A stretch of 64,000 nucleotides of DNA, from NCBI GenBank assembly GCA_030599585.1, contig JAUVNS010000011.1:64001-128000 (forward strand). Direction: 5' to 3'. This document shows positions 49,301 through 57,097 of the stretch, one piece after another. Origin of the DNA: Promethearchaeota archaeon. Lineage in GTDB: Archaea > Asgardarchaeota > Lokiarchaeia > Sigyniarchaeales > SOKP01. Within the stretch, counting starts at the first letter, position 1. Every line of letters begins with the position of its first letter. The position numbers were made by a program, and so were the translations under genes. The notes under the pieces are model-generated. The model saw only the letters and a program-made list of their open reading frames with translations. It ran no database searches and was not told the DNA's origin.

Positions 49301-50780
49301 GAGTCTGTAAAGAGGTTAAATCATAAAAAGAAATCGTCGCACCCTCTACAGGAGCGCCATCAAGTGTTAATGAAGCTGTGAGATTTGTAGTAGTTCCTCT
49401 ATATCCTGCGGTAAAGTTTGAATTTAATATGAGAGAATAATTGGCTAGGCTAGGAGGGACACTTCCATAATTATCATAATAGACATCCATTTGAATCCAA
49501 ATACCATCACCACTTACATCTGTTGGGATATATATTTCCGCCCAGTTATACATATTTTTATATTTTATTGCAATTGCATTTCTGCCTTCAAAATTGTCAA
49601 ATTGCTCTTCGGCCAAAAAACTATTGAATCCGTCAACAAAACGGCTTGCTATACCAAAAGCTCTTGCAAAAGCACAAAAAGCTGAAGTAAAATCAGACCA
49701 ATAGCCAATTCCTTCTTCGAGAAACCATTCCACTTGATCATATCCGTCTGGAGCAGGGTTGTATTGACTTGGGTCAGAAATTCGTATAAAATTATATTGC
49801 AGATAATTTCTAATTTTATCAGCAACGATAAAAGTATTATCAGAACTTAATATTGTCGCATTCATTTGATTGTAATGATAAGCAAAATCATCGTTATTGC
49901 TTATATAGACATTGATTGTATCCCCTTTCAATTGTAAATATTTGCTTTTTATAGGAACAGGAGTATATAAAGGTTCTATAGCCACTGCATCTATTTCTGA
50001 ATTAGTTGGTAGATTCAATCCAAACATTTCGTATGTCATATTAACATCCTCATCCATACTAAAGTCAATATCGAGAGTTGTACAATTAAACTCGTCTTTA
50101 AATAAATTGGGTATTCCTAGCATATTATTAGCTTGAATACTATTTTCCATAATAAAGGGAGTATGAAATAGAGCGGGTATAACCATAGAATTTATACCAC
50201 TACTGGGAGTAAGTGGTATTTTTAAAGAAAGGAGATCCTTATCCCAATGTTGGGTAAAGTAATCTCCATAAGTGTAATAAGAATAAGGTGTCGTAGCAGC
50301 AGAGGAGTGCCATCCATCTCCCGTATATTCATCAAAACTTTCATATTTCCAGAATTTCGTTAAAATCTCGTTGTAATCGTCGTAATCATAAATTCTAAAA
50401 ACTTCAACTTCAGAGAACATAAGAGCTGCCAGGGCTTGTCCGTAATCGCCTAAATCCAAATCATCAATATCACCATCGAACATATCACCTAAAGCATCTA
50501 AAAGATCAGTTAATTCGTCTGTTGTTAAATTGAGATCAGAAAATATATCTTGAAAATCTGATATATTATAAGGGAAAGGGATTTGCGTAGGTATACCATC
50601 CTCTGGGATTGCATCAGCTAATTCGTCACTTGGAAAAGGTCTTTGACTATCCCAAAGCATACTAAAGAAGACTGTTGAAAAAGCAAACGCAAATACCAAT
50701 AGTACTGCTGTAAGAATGATTTTAAATACTCTTTTTTTATTTAGTGCAGTAACTAATAAATCTTCACGAAATTCAGACAT
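46350..50780 (-). CDS. Giant transglutaminase-like (TgpA-type) surface protein with Ig-like repeats; catalytic triad degenerate
   Basis: N-terminal TM; DQVEWFL..GIGYWSDFTSAF..FARAFGIASRFVDGF...YNWAEIY...WIQMD follows the transglutaminase-like core layout; then about 9 beta-sandwich repeats. Confidence 0.82.
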   Translation of the reverse strand: MSEFREDLLVTALNKKRVFKIILTAVLLVFAFAFSTVFFSMLWDSQRPFPSDELADAIPEDGIPTQIPFPYNISDFQDIFSDLNLTTDELTDLLDALGDMFDGDIDDLDLGDYGQALAALMFSEVEVFRIYDYDDYNEILTKFWKYESFDEYTGDGWHSSAATTPYSYYTYGDYFTQHWDKDLLSLKIPLTPSSGINSMVIPALFHTPFIMENSIQANNMLGIPNLFKDEFNCTTLDIDFSMDEDVNMTYEMFGLNLPTNSEIDAVAIEPLYTPVPIKSKYLQLKGDTINVYISNNDDFAYHYNQMNATILSSDNTFIVADKIRNYLQYNFIRISDPSQYNPAPDGYDQVEWFLEEGIGYWSDFTSAFCAFARAFGIASRFVDGFNSFLAEEQFDNFEGRNAIAIKYKNMYNWAEIYIPTDVSGDGIWIQMDVYYDNYGSVPPSLANYSLILNSNFTAGYRGTTTNLTASLTLDGAPVEGATISFYDLTSLQTLGQFDTNLDGNASIIVNIDDLQVVGPHLIFAQFNPDVNDTTTYTVYGDIQVNLQNINPQEVNISIDISTNIQGFVIDPVNSQRVSGVTVEFIILQKGTNTRVGTPPFDVPYDNTDLNGDFNVDVNIDASVPVGKYELRVDTNGSWYFNPYALGFVNDSSNKMDFNVTKGIVKKLWFYINDIPSDMPDAPIVKRNSNITLKAIVVNETNAPISNQNVDFYDYTRGVQIGSNITNSNGIATLNYFIGNFVTIGPNLLYGKLGINENFTYFILNEEPTINIISGPSPREINRTAIGASNTLFNIEGRIIDSINNNPIRRSRLSLKLLKGIMDYSAYLLPSGPFLTDFNGYFNLNFEVDPNTPTGNYTLRLDFNGTINRLGHPEYPAFFILPYINTSSIFTSELKISTPATLLFNFRINGTVFDDYNQPVLSKNEDLNLSVYLEWGSNPIGDGEWIDFYDVTQEVALGSAQTMNGYTHLVYSTSTATVAGPHLIYAQWGSNYNYSYYIYNKNITIDLTDGPEPREIVRSDPGVRIFNIHGFVNDSNNGATIKYAQINVYMYDGLIDVSFYLVLQSGTVSLDETGEFNLDYMVLSSTPDKNYTIQVEFSGVFLYSWPNNQFNEHDFYLGGYSNFTEVVIATYELKVIDPDQLNIILSVEGNPTRSFYDDANPPETFKFGETAHIQVQIVHALTKIGKTVYLYDDFTNTLITSWVFTNESGFKQFNIPTNTLHAGLVRFRVNYDIYSAFNTTYIVINETISISINLNRNVIQRNFHQFNVNGILQQNGTNLDGLVIGLFLINESFQDVSSYLNLNGPQFRIVSGGSYLYDSNSIFLNCPQGLYSILIFFTGNINEIGISLTSYMDTSMSMNLPINVTAGTVISGEYDTNIVKDDFYEGDDLYVYGFLTWDNGTAMSSMEINVTVRDSIGNVLGTAIGVTDGSGFFNVTIVIGSWPANAEIWVTFYPEDNFSSPDYYYIEFYEIELFRAP

Positions 50781-50964
50781 TTCTATTCTATTTTACCCTT
50801 AACTTTTCCATTGTAAGTTTGCAATATTAATTAAAATTATAGTATAAATAATTTACTTAATATTTCTGATTCATATGAAATATTACTTAAAATGAATAGA
50901 GTAAGTAGTTAATGATGGAATTTTTCGATAAATTAGATCAAAAAAAGGTAGGTTAATTAAAAAA

Positions 50965-51846
50965 TTAAAATTCAAAACCACATTTCGTGCAGACGCTCTT
51001 TTTAGCATATTGTGGTTTAGGAATATAGCTTAATATTTTTGTTTTGTCCTCAACTTCCTTAATAGCAAACCCTGTAGCCCCACAATTGGGACAAATTCTA
51101 CGTCCTGAACCGAATCCCGCATCGATACTAGGGGTGGCTATAGATGGAGTAGAAGTCGATGGAATTGTTGGACTACTGCCAAATGTTGGACTTTGTGAAG
51201 TTATTCCTTGAGCTAAACTTGATGGCATAACTGCTTTTGGTTCTTTCAATTCTTGGATTCGCTTCTCTTTATAGGATATTTCTTCTTGTAATTTGCTAAT
51301 TTGAGCATGAAGTGGTCCAATTTGTTGTTGGAGGTTTAAATTTTCCTGTTGAACTTGTTGTAGTTGGTTTTGTAATTGAGGTAATTGTGCTAGTAGTTGA
51401 GCTTTCTCATTACTAATCTGAGTAATTTGATTCTGGAATCCTTCAACAGTTGTCTGAAAACTGTTGATTTGGCTATTCAGTTGAGTTATTTGGTTATCTT
51501 TAACTATAAGCTGTGAATTTATATTTGCACATTGAGCGTTTACGTCACTTATCTGATTTTGTAATTGTCCTATGACATTATCCTTTTCCTGAGCCTGAGA
51601 TATAACGGCATTGTATTCTGCTTGTGAGGGACCACTTGGTATAGTTGGTTCGGGCTGATATACTGGAGATTCATATAAATTAGTCGGCGGGAGTGGTGAA
51701 GGGGGCGGCATTGAAGGAGGCGGCATTGAAGGTGGTGGTATTGAAGGTGGTGGCATTGAAGGTGGTGGGGTTGGAGGGGGTCGTATAGGAGGTGGACCAC
51801 GAGGTTTGTATTCTTCTTCCTCGTCTTTTTCATATTCTTCCGACAT
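50965..51846 (-). CDS. Polyproline / coiled-coil / C-terminal Zn-ribbon protein
   Basis: Acidic N-terminus, (PPPS[MI])n tract, Q-rich heptad coiled coil of about 125 aa, S/T/P linker, CPNCG...CTKCG. Confidence 0.82.
   Translation of the reverse strand: MSEEYEKDEEEEYKPRGPPPIRPPPTPPPSMPPPSIPPPSMPPPSMPPPSPLPPTNLYESPVYQPEPTIPSGPSQAEYNAVISQAQEKDNVIGQLQNQISDVNAQCANINSQLIVKDNQITQLNSQINSFQTTVEGFQNQITQISNEKAQLLAQLPQLQNQLQQVQQENLNLQQQIGPLHAQISKLQEEISYKEKRIQELKEPKAVMPSSLAQGITSQSPTFGSSPTIPSTSTPSIATPSIDAGFGSGRRICPNCGATGFAIKEVEDKTKILSYIPKPQYAKKSVCTKCGFEF
51701..51780 (-). repeat. Degenerate 15-bp coding tandem repeat encoding PPPS[M/I]
   Basis: Plus strand shows ggcattgaaggaggc / ggcattgaaggtggt / ggtattgaaggtggt / ggcattgaaggtggt, about 4-5 units. 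Confidence 0.85.
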
Positions 51847-51960
51847 AATAATCTTCTCTTATGTTATGCTTAATAATATCAATAATTGTAACTTTAATAG
51901 TGAATTTTGTTTATAAACTATAGCACAAATGGATGATATCTTAACCTTCTTTTTTAAAAA

Positions 51961-53058
51961 TTAAAAGCACTTCCAATGAGGACTAAGATGTTCTTTCAAT
52001 TTAGGGATAACTTTATTACTTACATAATTTAAAACATCGCTACTGGATGCTCTAGGCTTTTCTTCTATTAGTTCATTCCCACTGTCATCAAGAACTTGTA
52101 GGCAATTATATACAGCTCTAGCTTGCTTATCAATCTCGTATCCTCCTTCTAAAGTAATTAAAATTCGATCATTAGCATATAGTCCAGCTATTTCTTTGAT
52201 TTTCTTCAAATAATTTGCAGGTCCTTGATACGTCCAACCCATATTAGTAAGCCTGTCCGTCCAGTGAGTATCAAATCCAGCAGATATTAGGAAAAATTCT
52301 GGTTTAAATTCTCGGCAAATGGGAGCTATTATTTCATTAAAAAAAATTATATTAACGTCATCAGAAGCTCTCGGAGGCATCGGAAAATTGATGATTTTTC
52401 CTTGCCCACCCTCATTCCCAATATCATTAATAAAACCAGTGCCGGGATAAAGTGTCCTACCATCCTGATGTGAGTCAAAAAAGACGACTTCACCGTTTTT
52501 GGAGCCATTGAAGAAAATATCCGACGTCCCATTTCCCGCGTGACAATCCCAATCTATTATAGCCACTCTTTTTAATCCCTTTTCTTTAAGAAGATATTCA
52601 GCAGCGATCGCTACATTGTTAAAAATGCAAAAACCCGCACATTTGTAAGAGTTTGAATGATGACCAGGAGGTCTTACTGAAGCGAAAGCATTTTTAATTT
52701 TTCCTTCAATAATTTCGTCAATACCATTTAAATTTCCACCAACACTAAAAAGTGATGCTTCATATGTCTTTGCCGATACAGATGTGTCCGTATCAAGCTG
52801 CTGAATATGTCCCGTAACTTTAGCCATCTCACTAACCTCTTTAACACTTTTAATTAAACTTTCTTGATGAACATATTTGATTTGATCTTCAGTAGCTTTT
52901 CTTGGCTGAATTAACATAAAATCTGGATTTTCCAATAATTTTTTCTCATTTAAGAAATCCATGATTCCAATAAGTCTTTCGTGACTCTCGACATGTGTAC
53001 CAATACGGTGGCTAAGATAAATATCATCATATATTAATCCAGTAGTCATTTTAACCAA
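51961..53058 (-). CDS. Zn-dependent histone deacetylase-family protein (class II-like)
   Basis: RPPGHH, GFCIFNNVA, IIDWDCHAGNGT, LYPGTG, SAGFD, LEGGY. Confidence 0.93.
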   Translation of the reverse strand: MVKMTTGLIYDDIYLSHRIGTHVESHERLIGIMDFLNEKKLLENPDFMLIQPRKATEDQIKYVHQESLIKSVKEVSEMAKVTGHIQQLDTDTSVSAKTYEASLFSVGGNLNGIDEIIEGKIKNAFASVRPPGHHSNSYKCAGFCIFNNVAIAAEYLLKEKGLKRVAIIDWDCHAGNGTSDIFFNGSKNGEVVFFDSHQDGRTLYPGTGFINDIGNEGGQGKIINFPMPPRASDDVNIIFFNEIIAPICREFKPEFFLISAGFDTHWTDRLTNMGWTYQGPANYLKKIKEIAGLYANDRILITLEGGYEIDKQARAVYNCLQVLDDSGNELIEEKPRASSSDVLNYVSNKVIPKLKEHLSPHWKCF

Positions 53059-53264
53059 TTCACTGTTTTTTAAAAACTATTGAATAAAGAATTTTCGTTA
53101 TTCTTTAAAAAAGTTCCCTTTTATTTAGCTGAGGAAACCTTTAAGTTTTTTGTTAAAGAAAAAGGTATTTTTTAGTTTGGATTTAACATGTATACAATTT
53201 TTATGTTTTTATTTTTAGGAGAGCTAGAAATATATATAGGGAAAAAATAAGTTGTTTATGTAGA

Positions 53265-53777
53265 ATGGTTTATCGTATCAAAGTCATCATAATAGGAGAG
53301 GCAGGAGTAGGCAAGACTTCATTGGTAAAAAGATTTGTATCTGGTCATTTTACTCGAGATTATCGAACATCGATAGGTGCGAATTTATTTATTAAGGAAT
53401 TAAATTTAAATTCAAATAATACTGTCTCAATTCAGATTTGGGATATTGCTGGCCAAGAAAGATGGAAAAAAATGAGACATTTGTATTATAGAGGTGCTCA
53501 TGGTGCTTTGATTGTTGGAGATCTTACGAGGAAAAACACATTTGAACAATTAAAAGAGTTTTGGAATCAAGATATCAATAAATATTGTGAAGAAATTCCA
53601 AAGATTTTAGTTGTAAATAAGGTAGATATGGATTCTATTATTTCTAATAATGAAATTAAAAAATTAGCTCAGGCTATCAATGTAAAAGCAACAATTTTTA
53701 CATCTGCCAAAAATGGTCAAAATGTTGAAAAAGCATTTCATCAAATAGCTGAAGCGATTGTTACATCTAGAATATAG
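53265..53777 (+). CDS. Rab-like small GTPase (Ras superfamily)
   Basis: G1 GEAGVGKTS, G3 WDIAGQE, RabF4-like YYRGA, G4 NKVD, G5 TSAK; no C-terminal Cys. Confidence 0.93.
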   Translation: MVYRIKVIIIGEAGVGKTSLVKRFVSGHFTRDYRTSIGANLFIKELNLNSNNTVSIQIWDIAGQERWKKMRHLYYRGAHGALIVGDLTRKNTFEQLKEFWNQDINKYCEEIPKILVVNKVDMDSIISNNEIKKLAQAINVKATIFTSAKNGQNVEKAFHQIAEAIVTSRI

Positions 53778-53806
53778 AATAAATATGTTAAATTACTCTA
53801 TAAGCG

Positions 53807-54799
53807 TTATACTTCAATAACGAGTTTTATAAATTTTCTTTGACTAGGATCGATATATTTTTCAAATGCTTGTTGAACATCTTGAAGAGGTACAATTTGA
53901 GAGATATATTTAATAGCATTTATTTTATCCTGAGAAAAAAAATCTATTGCACAAAAAATATCATCACGATCATGACCTAAAACACCCTTAATACTAACTT
54001 CCTTTGAATTCAATAGAAACATAGGAAATGAAATTTTTCCTTTAAAAACTCCCTCTAGGATAACATTCCCTCCTTTTTTTATTAAATCTATTGCCATTAA
54101 GATTGACTTTTGATTTCCTGCGCAATCAAAAATGTAAGTTGGTCTTCCATTTCTTTTTAAAAACTTTTTAATTTTTGCTGGATTTGGGGGAAAAGATTCA
54201 GTTGCCCCAAATTCTTTAGCTTTTTCTCTCAAAAATGCTTGTGGCTCAATTGCGATGATATAATTGGGAGTTTTTTCTATCAATAAATAACTTAAAAAAC
54301 ATAATCCAATATTTCCCGCTCCTATTATAATTATATTTTGGTTTTTAGTAATATTGGATAATTTTACTGCTCTACAGACATTAGCAAATGACTCAATCAT
54401 TACAGCTTCTTTAGTGGAAACAGATTTAGGTATTTTGAATAAATATTTTCTTGGAACTTTTACGAATTCAGCAAATCCTCCATCTTTAAAAATTCCCATA
54501 CCATCTAATTGTCCTTGAGCAATATCTAACGCAACATTTATTCCACAAACTTTATCTCCTAGTTTTATATCAGTAATATTAGAACCTATCTCTACAACTT
54601 CCCCTGTAAATTCATGGCCCATAATTATAGGTACTTGATACATCTTGAACTTATAATTAGTTATATCACTTCCGCAAATTCCACAGTAATGCGTTTTTAC
54701 GATTACATCCTCCTCTCCTGGAGAGGGTTTTGGATAATCCTCTCTATAATCGATTTTTTTTACATCAATAAATACAGCCGCTTTCATGAAATTCTTCAC
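53807..54799 (-). CDS. Zn-dependent medium-chain alcohol dehydrogenase
   Basis: CGICGSD, GHEFTGEV, GGFAEF, GAGNIG, FDCAG. Confidence 0.9.
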   Translation of the reverse strand: MKNFMKAAVFIDVKKIDYREDYPKPSPGEEDVIVKTHYCGICGSDITNYKFKMYQVPIIMGHEFTGEVVEIGSNITDIKLGDKVCGINVALDIAQGQLDGMGIFKDGGFAEFVKVPRKYLFKIPKSVSTKEAVMIESFANVCRAVKLSNITKNQNIIIIGAGNIGLCFLSYLLIEKTPNYIIAIEPQAFLREKAKEFGATESFPPNPAKIKKFLKRNGRPTYIFDCAGNQKSILMAIDLIKKGGNVILEGVFKGKISFPMFLLNSKEVSIKGVLGHDRDDIFCAIDFFSQDKINAIKYISQIVPLQDVQQAFEKYIDPSQRKFIKLVIEV

Positions 54800-54851
54800 T
54801 TCTTTAAAACTATAGAATTCTATAATTATTAATTCTAGATTGAGTATTAAA

Positions 54852-57038
54852 TTAATCTTTTAATAGTGTATCTGCTGTTGTAAATAAAGGTAATTCTTTT
54901 CTTTTTTTTGGTCTTCTTTTAATTAAATCTTCCCTTGAACTTAATTGATTTAGATTGGTATGGTTATGAATTTTTTTTTTGTAAACATTTGGATTTAATT
55001 CTCTTATGAATTGAGAAGGGTTTAACTCTCTTTGACCTTTGAAAACTTTAATACTTTTAGGAGATATTAAAAATAATCTATCCTTTGCTCGGGTAATTCC
55101 TACATAAAGCACTCTCCGTTCTTCCTCATATGCGGGAGTATTAATCTTAACCTTGCTCGAGGGAAATAAATTATCGGATAACATGGGAATGAACACAACT
55201 TTCCATTCCAATCCTTTTGCTCTATGAATTGTAGAAAGGGTCATTGGTGATTGGTTGTCTATAGATGATAAACCGACTTTTTTAGATTCAAAGCTGGCTT
55301 TGTTCAGTGTTATAGAATCTAAAAAAATAGAAATAGAATTAAAATTTTGGGAATATATATTAATTTGTTTTAGATCTTCTAAGCGATCTTGCCAATTATC
55401 ATATTGAATTTTTAAGTATTTTCTTAATTGATGAATTAATTTATTAATAACTTCATCTGGTTTGTTATATTTAATAGATATAAAAAATCTCTTTAAGTAA
55501 TCACAAATTTCTTCCCTTACAAGCTTGGAAATTTTCAATTTACTTAATAAAGAAGCGAGATTGTTATTTGAAATTAAATTTTCTAACGGGTTGTTTATAG
55601 CTGAGATCATATCGAAAATTTTGGAGGAAGTCTTTTTTCCAATGCCTTGAAACAAAGTAAGTATTCTTGACCAAGAAATCTCATCTTGCGGGTTTTGAAT
55701 AACGCGTAAATGGGCTAATAAATCTTTAACGTGAGCTCTTTCAAAGAAAGATACTCCTGATTGAACAATATAGGGGATTTTATACTTTTGTAATTCCAAT
55801 TCTATTCTTAAAGAATGATAACCAGCGCGGTACAAAACAGCTATATCGTCTAAATTATACTCTTCGAGTTTCAATTGATTTATCATATTAACTATGAATT
55901 CTGCTTGGTATCCATCAGACTCCGTTGAAACATGAATAGGTTTCATCCCATTCTTACGTGTAGTATGCATTTGTTTCTTATATTGAGATAAGTTATGTTT
56001 TATTGACTCATTAGCTAACTCTAAAATCTCAGGAACACTACGGTAATTGTTTGTTATAGCATACCTTTTGCAATCTTTATATTTTTTCTCAAAATTCAAT
56101 ATATTCTGAAAATTTGCGCCTCGAAACGCATATATACTTTGTGCATCATCACCAACAGCCATTACATTTCGTTCTGGATTTTGTTGTACGATTTTATAAA
56201 TAATTTTATCTTGGATATAGTTAGTATCTTGATACTCGTCAACCAAAACATATTTTATTTTTTTAGCTATTAACTTTGCAACAAATCTTTCATCTAATAA
56301 CCTATTCCAGAAAACTAATAAATCGTCGAAATCCACTAAGTTAGCTTCTGCTTTTTTAATACTATAGATTTTTAAAACATCTCGTAATTTCGCAAAGACG
56401 GCATCGCTGTCAAAAATTTTGTATTTCCATTGAATTACTTCGCGAATTGTCTTATTACAGTTGATAGAAAACGATAAAATAGATTTTGCCATTGAGGGTG
56501 TAGGAAATTTTTCTTCGAGATCTTTTGCATCTGCTTTATCAATTGATAACTTCATTAATCCTTTCGCATCAGTTTCATCCATAATTGTATAATTGGGTTT
56601 TAATCCGAGTGTTTCTGCATACATCCTCAAAAATCGGCTAGCAATAGAGTGGAAAGTACCAGCCCAAATACCCTTTGGTTTTTTTCCAAGTAAAATTTCT
56701 ACTCGTTTGAACATTTCTTTAGCGGCTTTATTCGTGAAAGTGACAAGCATTATTTCACTTGGTTTTACTCCAGACACTAAAAGTTTAGCAACAGAATAAA
56801 CGATAGTCCTCGTTTTTCCAGAACCAGCTCCTGCAATAACCAACATAGGCCCTTGAATGTTATTCACAATTTCTTGTTGTTCTTCGTTTAATTCTGTATT
56901 GAAATCAACTTGTTTGTATTCCTTGGTTCTTTCTGGCTCATCTTCATCATCTAGGGTTTCAACAAAGGCCTCATCGGAAAATTCAAAGACAAATTCTTCC
57001 ATTTTTCTGAATTTATTACTGCTGTTTGATAATTTCAT
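54852..57038 (-). CDS. uvrD: UvrD/PcrA-family SF1 DNA helicase
   Basis: AGAGSGKT, TFTNKAA, TFHS, VDEYQDTN, VGDDAQSIYAFRGA, NYRS, STIHRAKGLEW, EERRVLYVGITRA. Confidence 0.94.
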   Translation of the reverse strand: MKLSNSSNKFRKMEEFVFEFSDEAFVETLDDEDEPERTKEYKQVDFNTELNEEQQEIVNNIQGPMLVIAGAGSGKTRTIVYSVAKLLVSGVKPSEIMLVTFTNKAAKEMFKRVEILLGKKPKGIWAGTFHSIASRFLRMYAETLGLKPNYTIMDETDAKGLMKLSIDKADAKDLEEKFPTPSMAKSILSFSINCNKTIREVIQWKYKIFDSDAVFAKLRDVLKIYSIKKAEANLVDFDDLLVFWNRLLDERFVAKLIAKKIKYVLVDEYQDTNYIQDKIIYKIVQQNPERNVMAVGDDAQSIYAFRGANFQNILNFEKKYKDCKRYAITNNYRSVPEILELANESIKHNLSQYKKQMHTTRKNGMKPIHVSTESDGYQAEFIVNMINQLKLEEYNLDDIAVLYRAGYHSLRIELELQKYKIPYIVQSGVSFFERAHVKDLLAHLRVIQNPQDEISWSRILTLFQGIGKKTSSKIFDMISAINNPLENLISNNNLASLLSKLKISKLVREEICDYLKRFFISIKYNKPDEVINKLIHQLRKYLKIQYDNWQDRLEDLKQINIYSQNFNSISIFLDSITLNKASFESKKVGLSSIDNQSPMTLSTIHRAKGLEWKVVFIPMLSDNLFPSSKVKINTPAYEEERRVLYVGITRAKDRLFLISPKSIKVFKGQRELNPSQFIRELNPNVYKKKIHNHTNLNQLSSREDLIKRRPKKRKELPLFTTADTLLKD

Positions 57039-57097
57039 CCTTACAAAACAATTTAGTTTTTATTGAATTTAAAAAAGAATTAATAAATTGAGAAGAA

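Noticed and set aside
44753-50780. The 1476-aa and 529-aa genes as one frameshifted gene
   Set aside because: The downstream ORF has its own ATG, basic N-terminus and hydrophobic signal/anchor segment, consistent with a separate gene; no slippery site is evident at the junction.
51570-51833. Alternative-frame ORF with HHLQC repeats that looks like a metal-binding peptide
   Set aside because: It is the same 15-bp proline repeat read in another frame, inside a well-formed gene.
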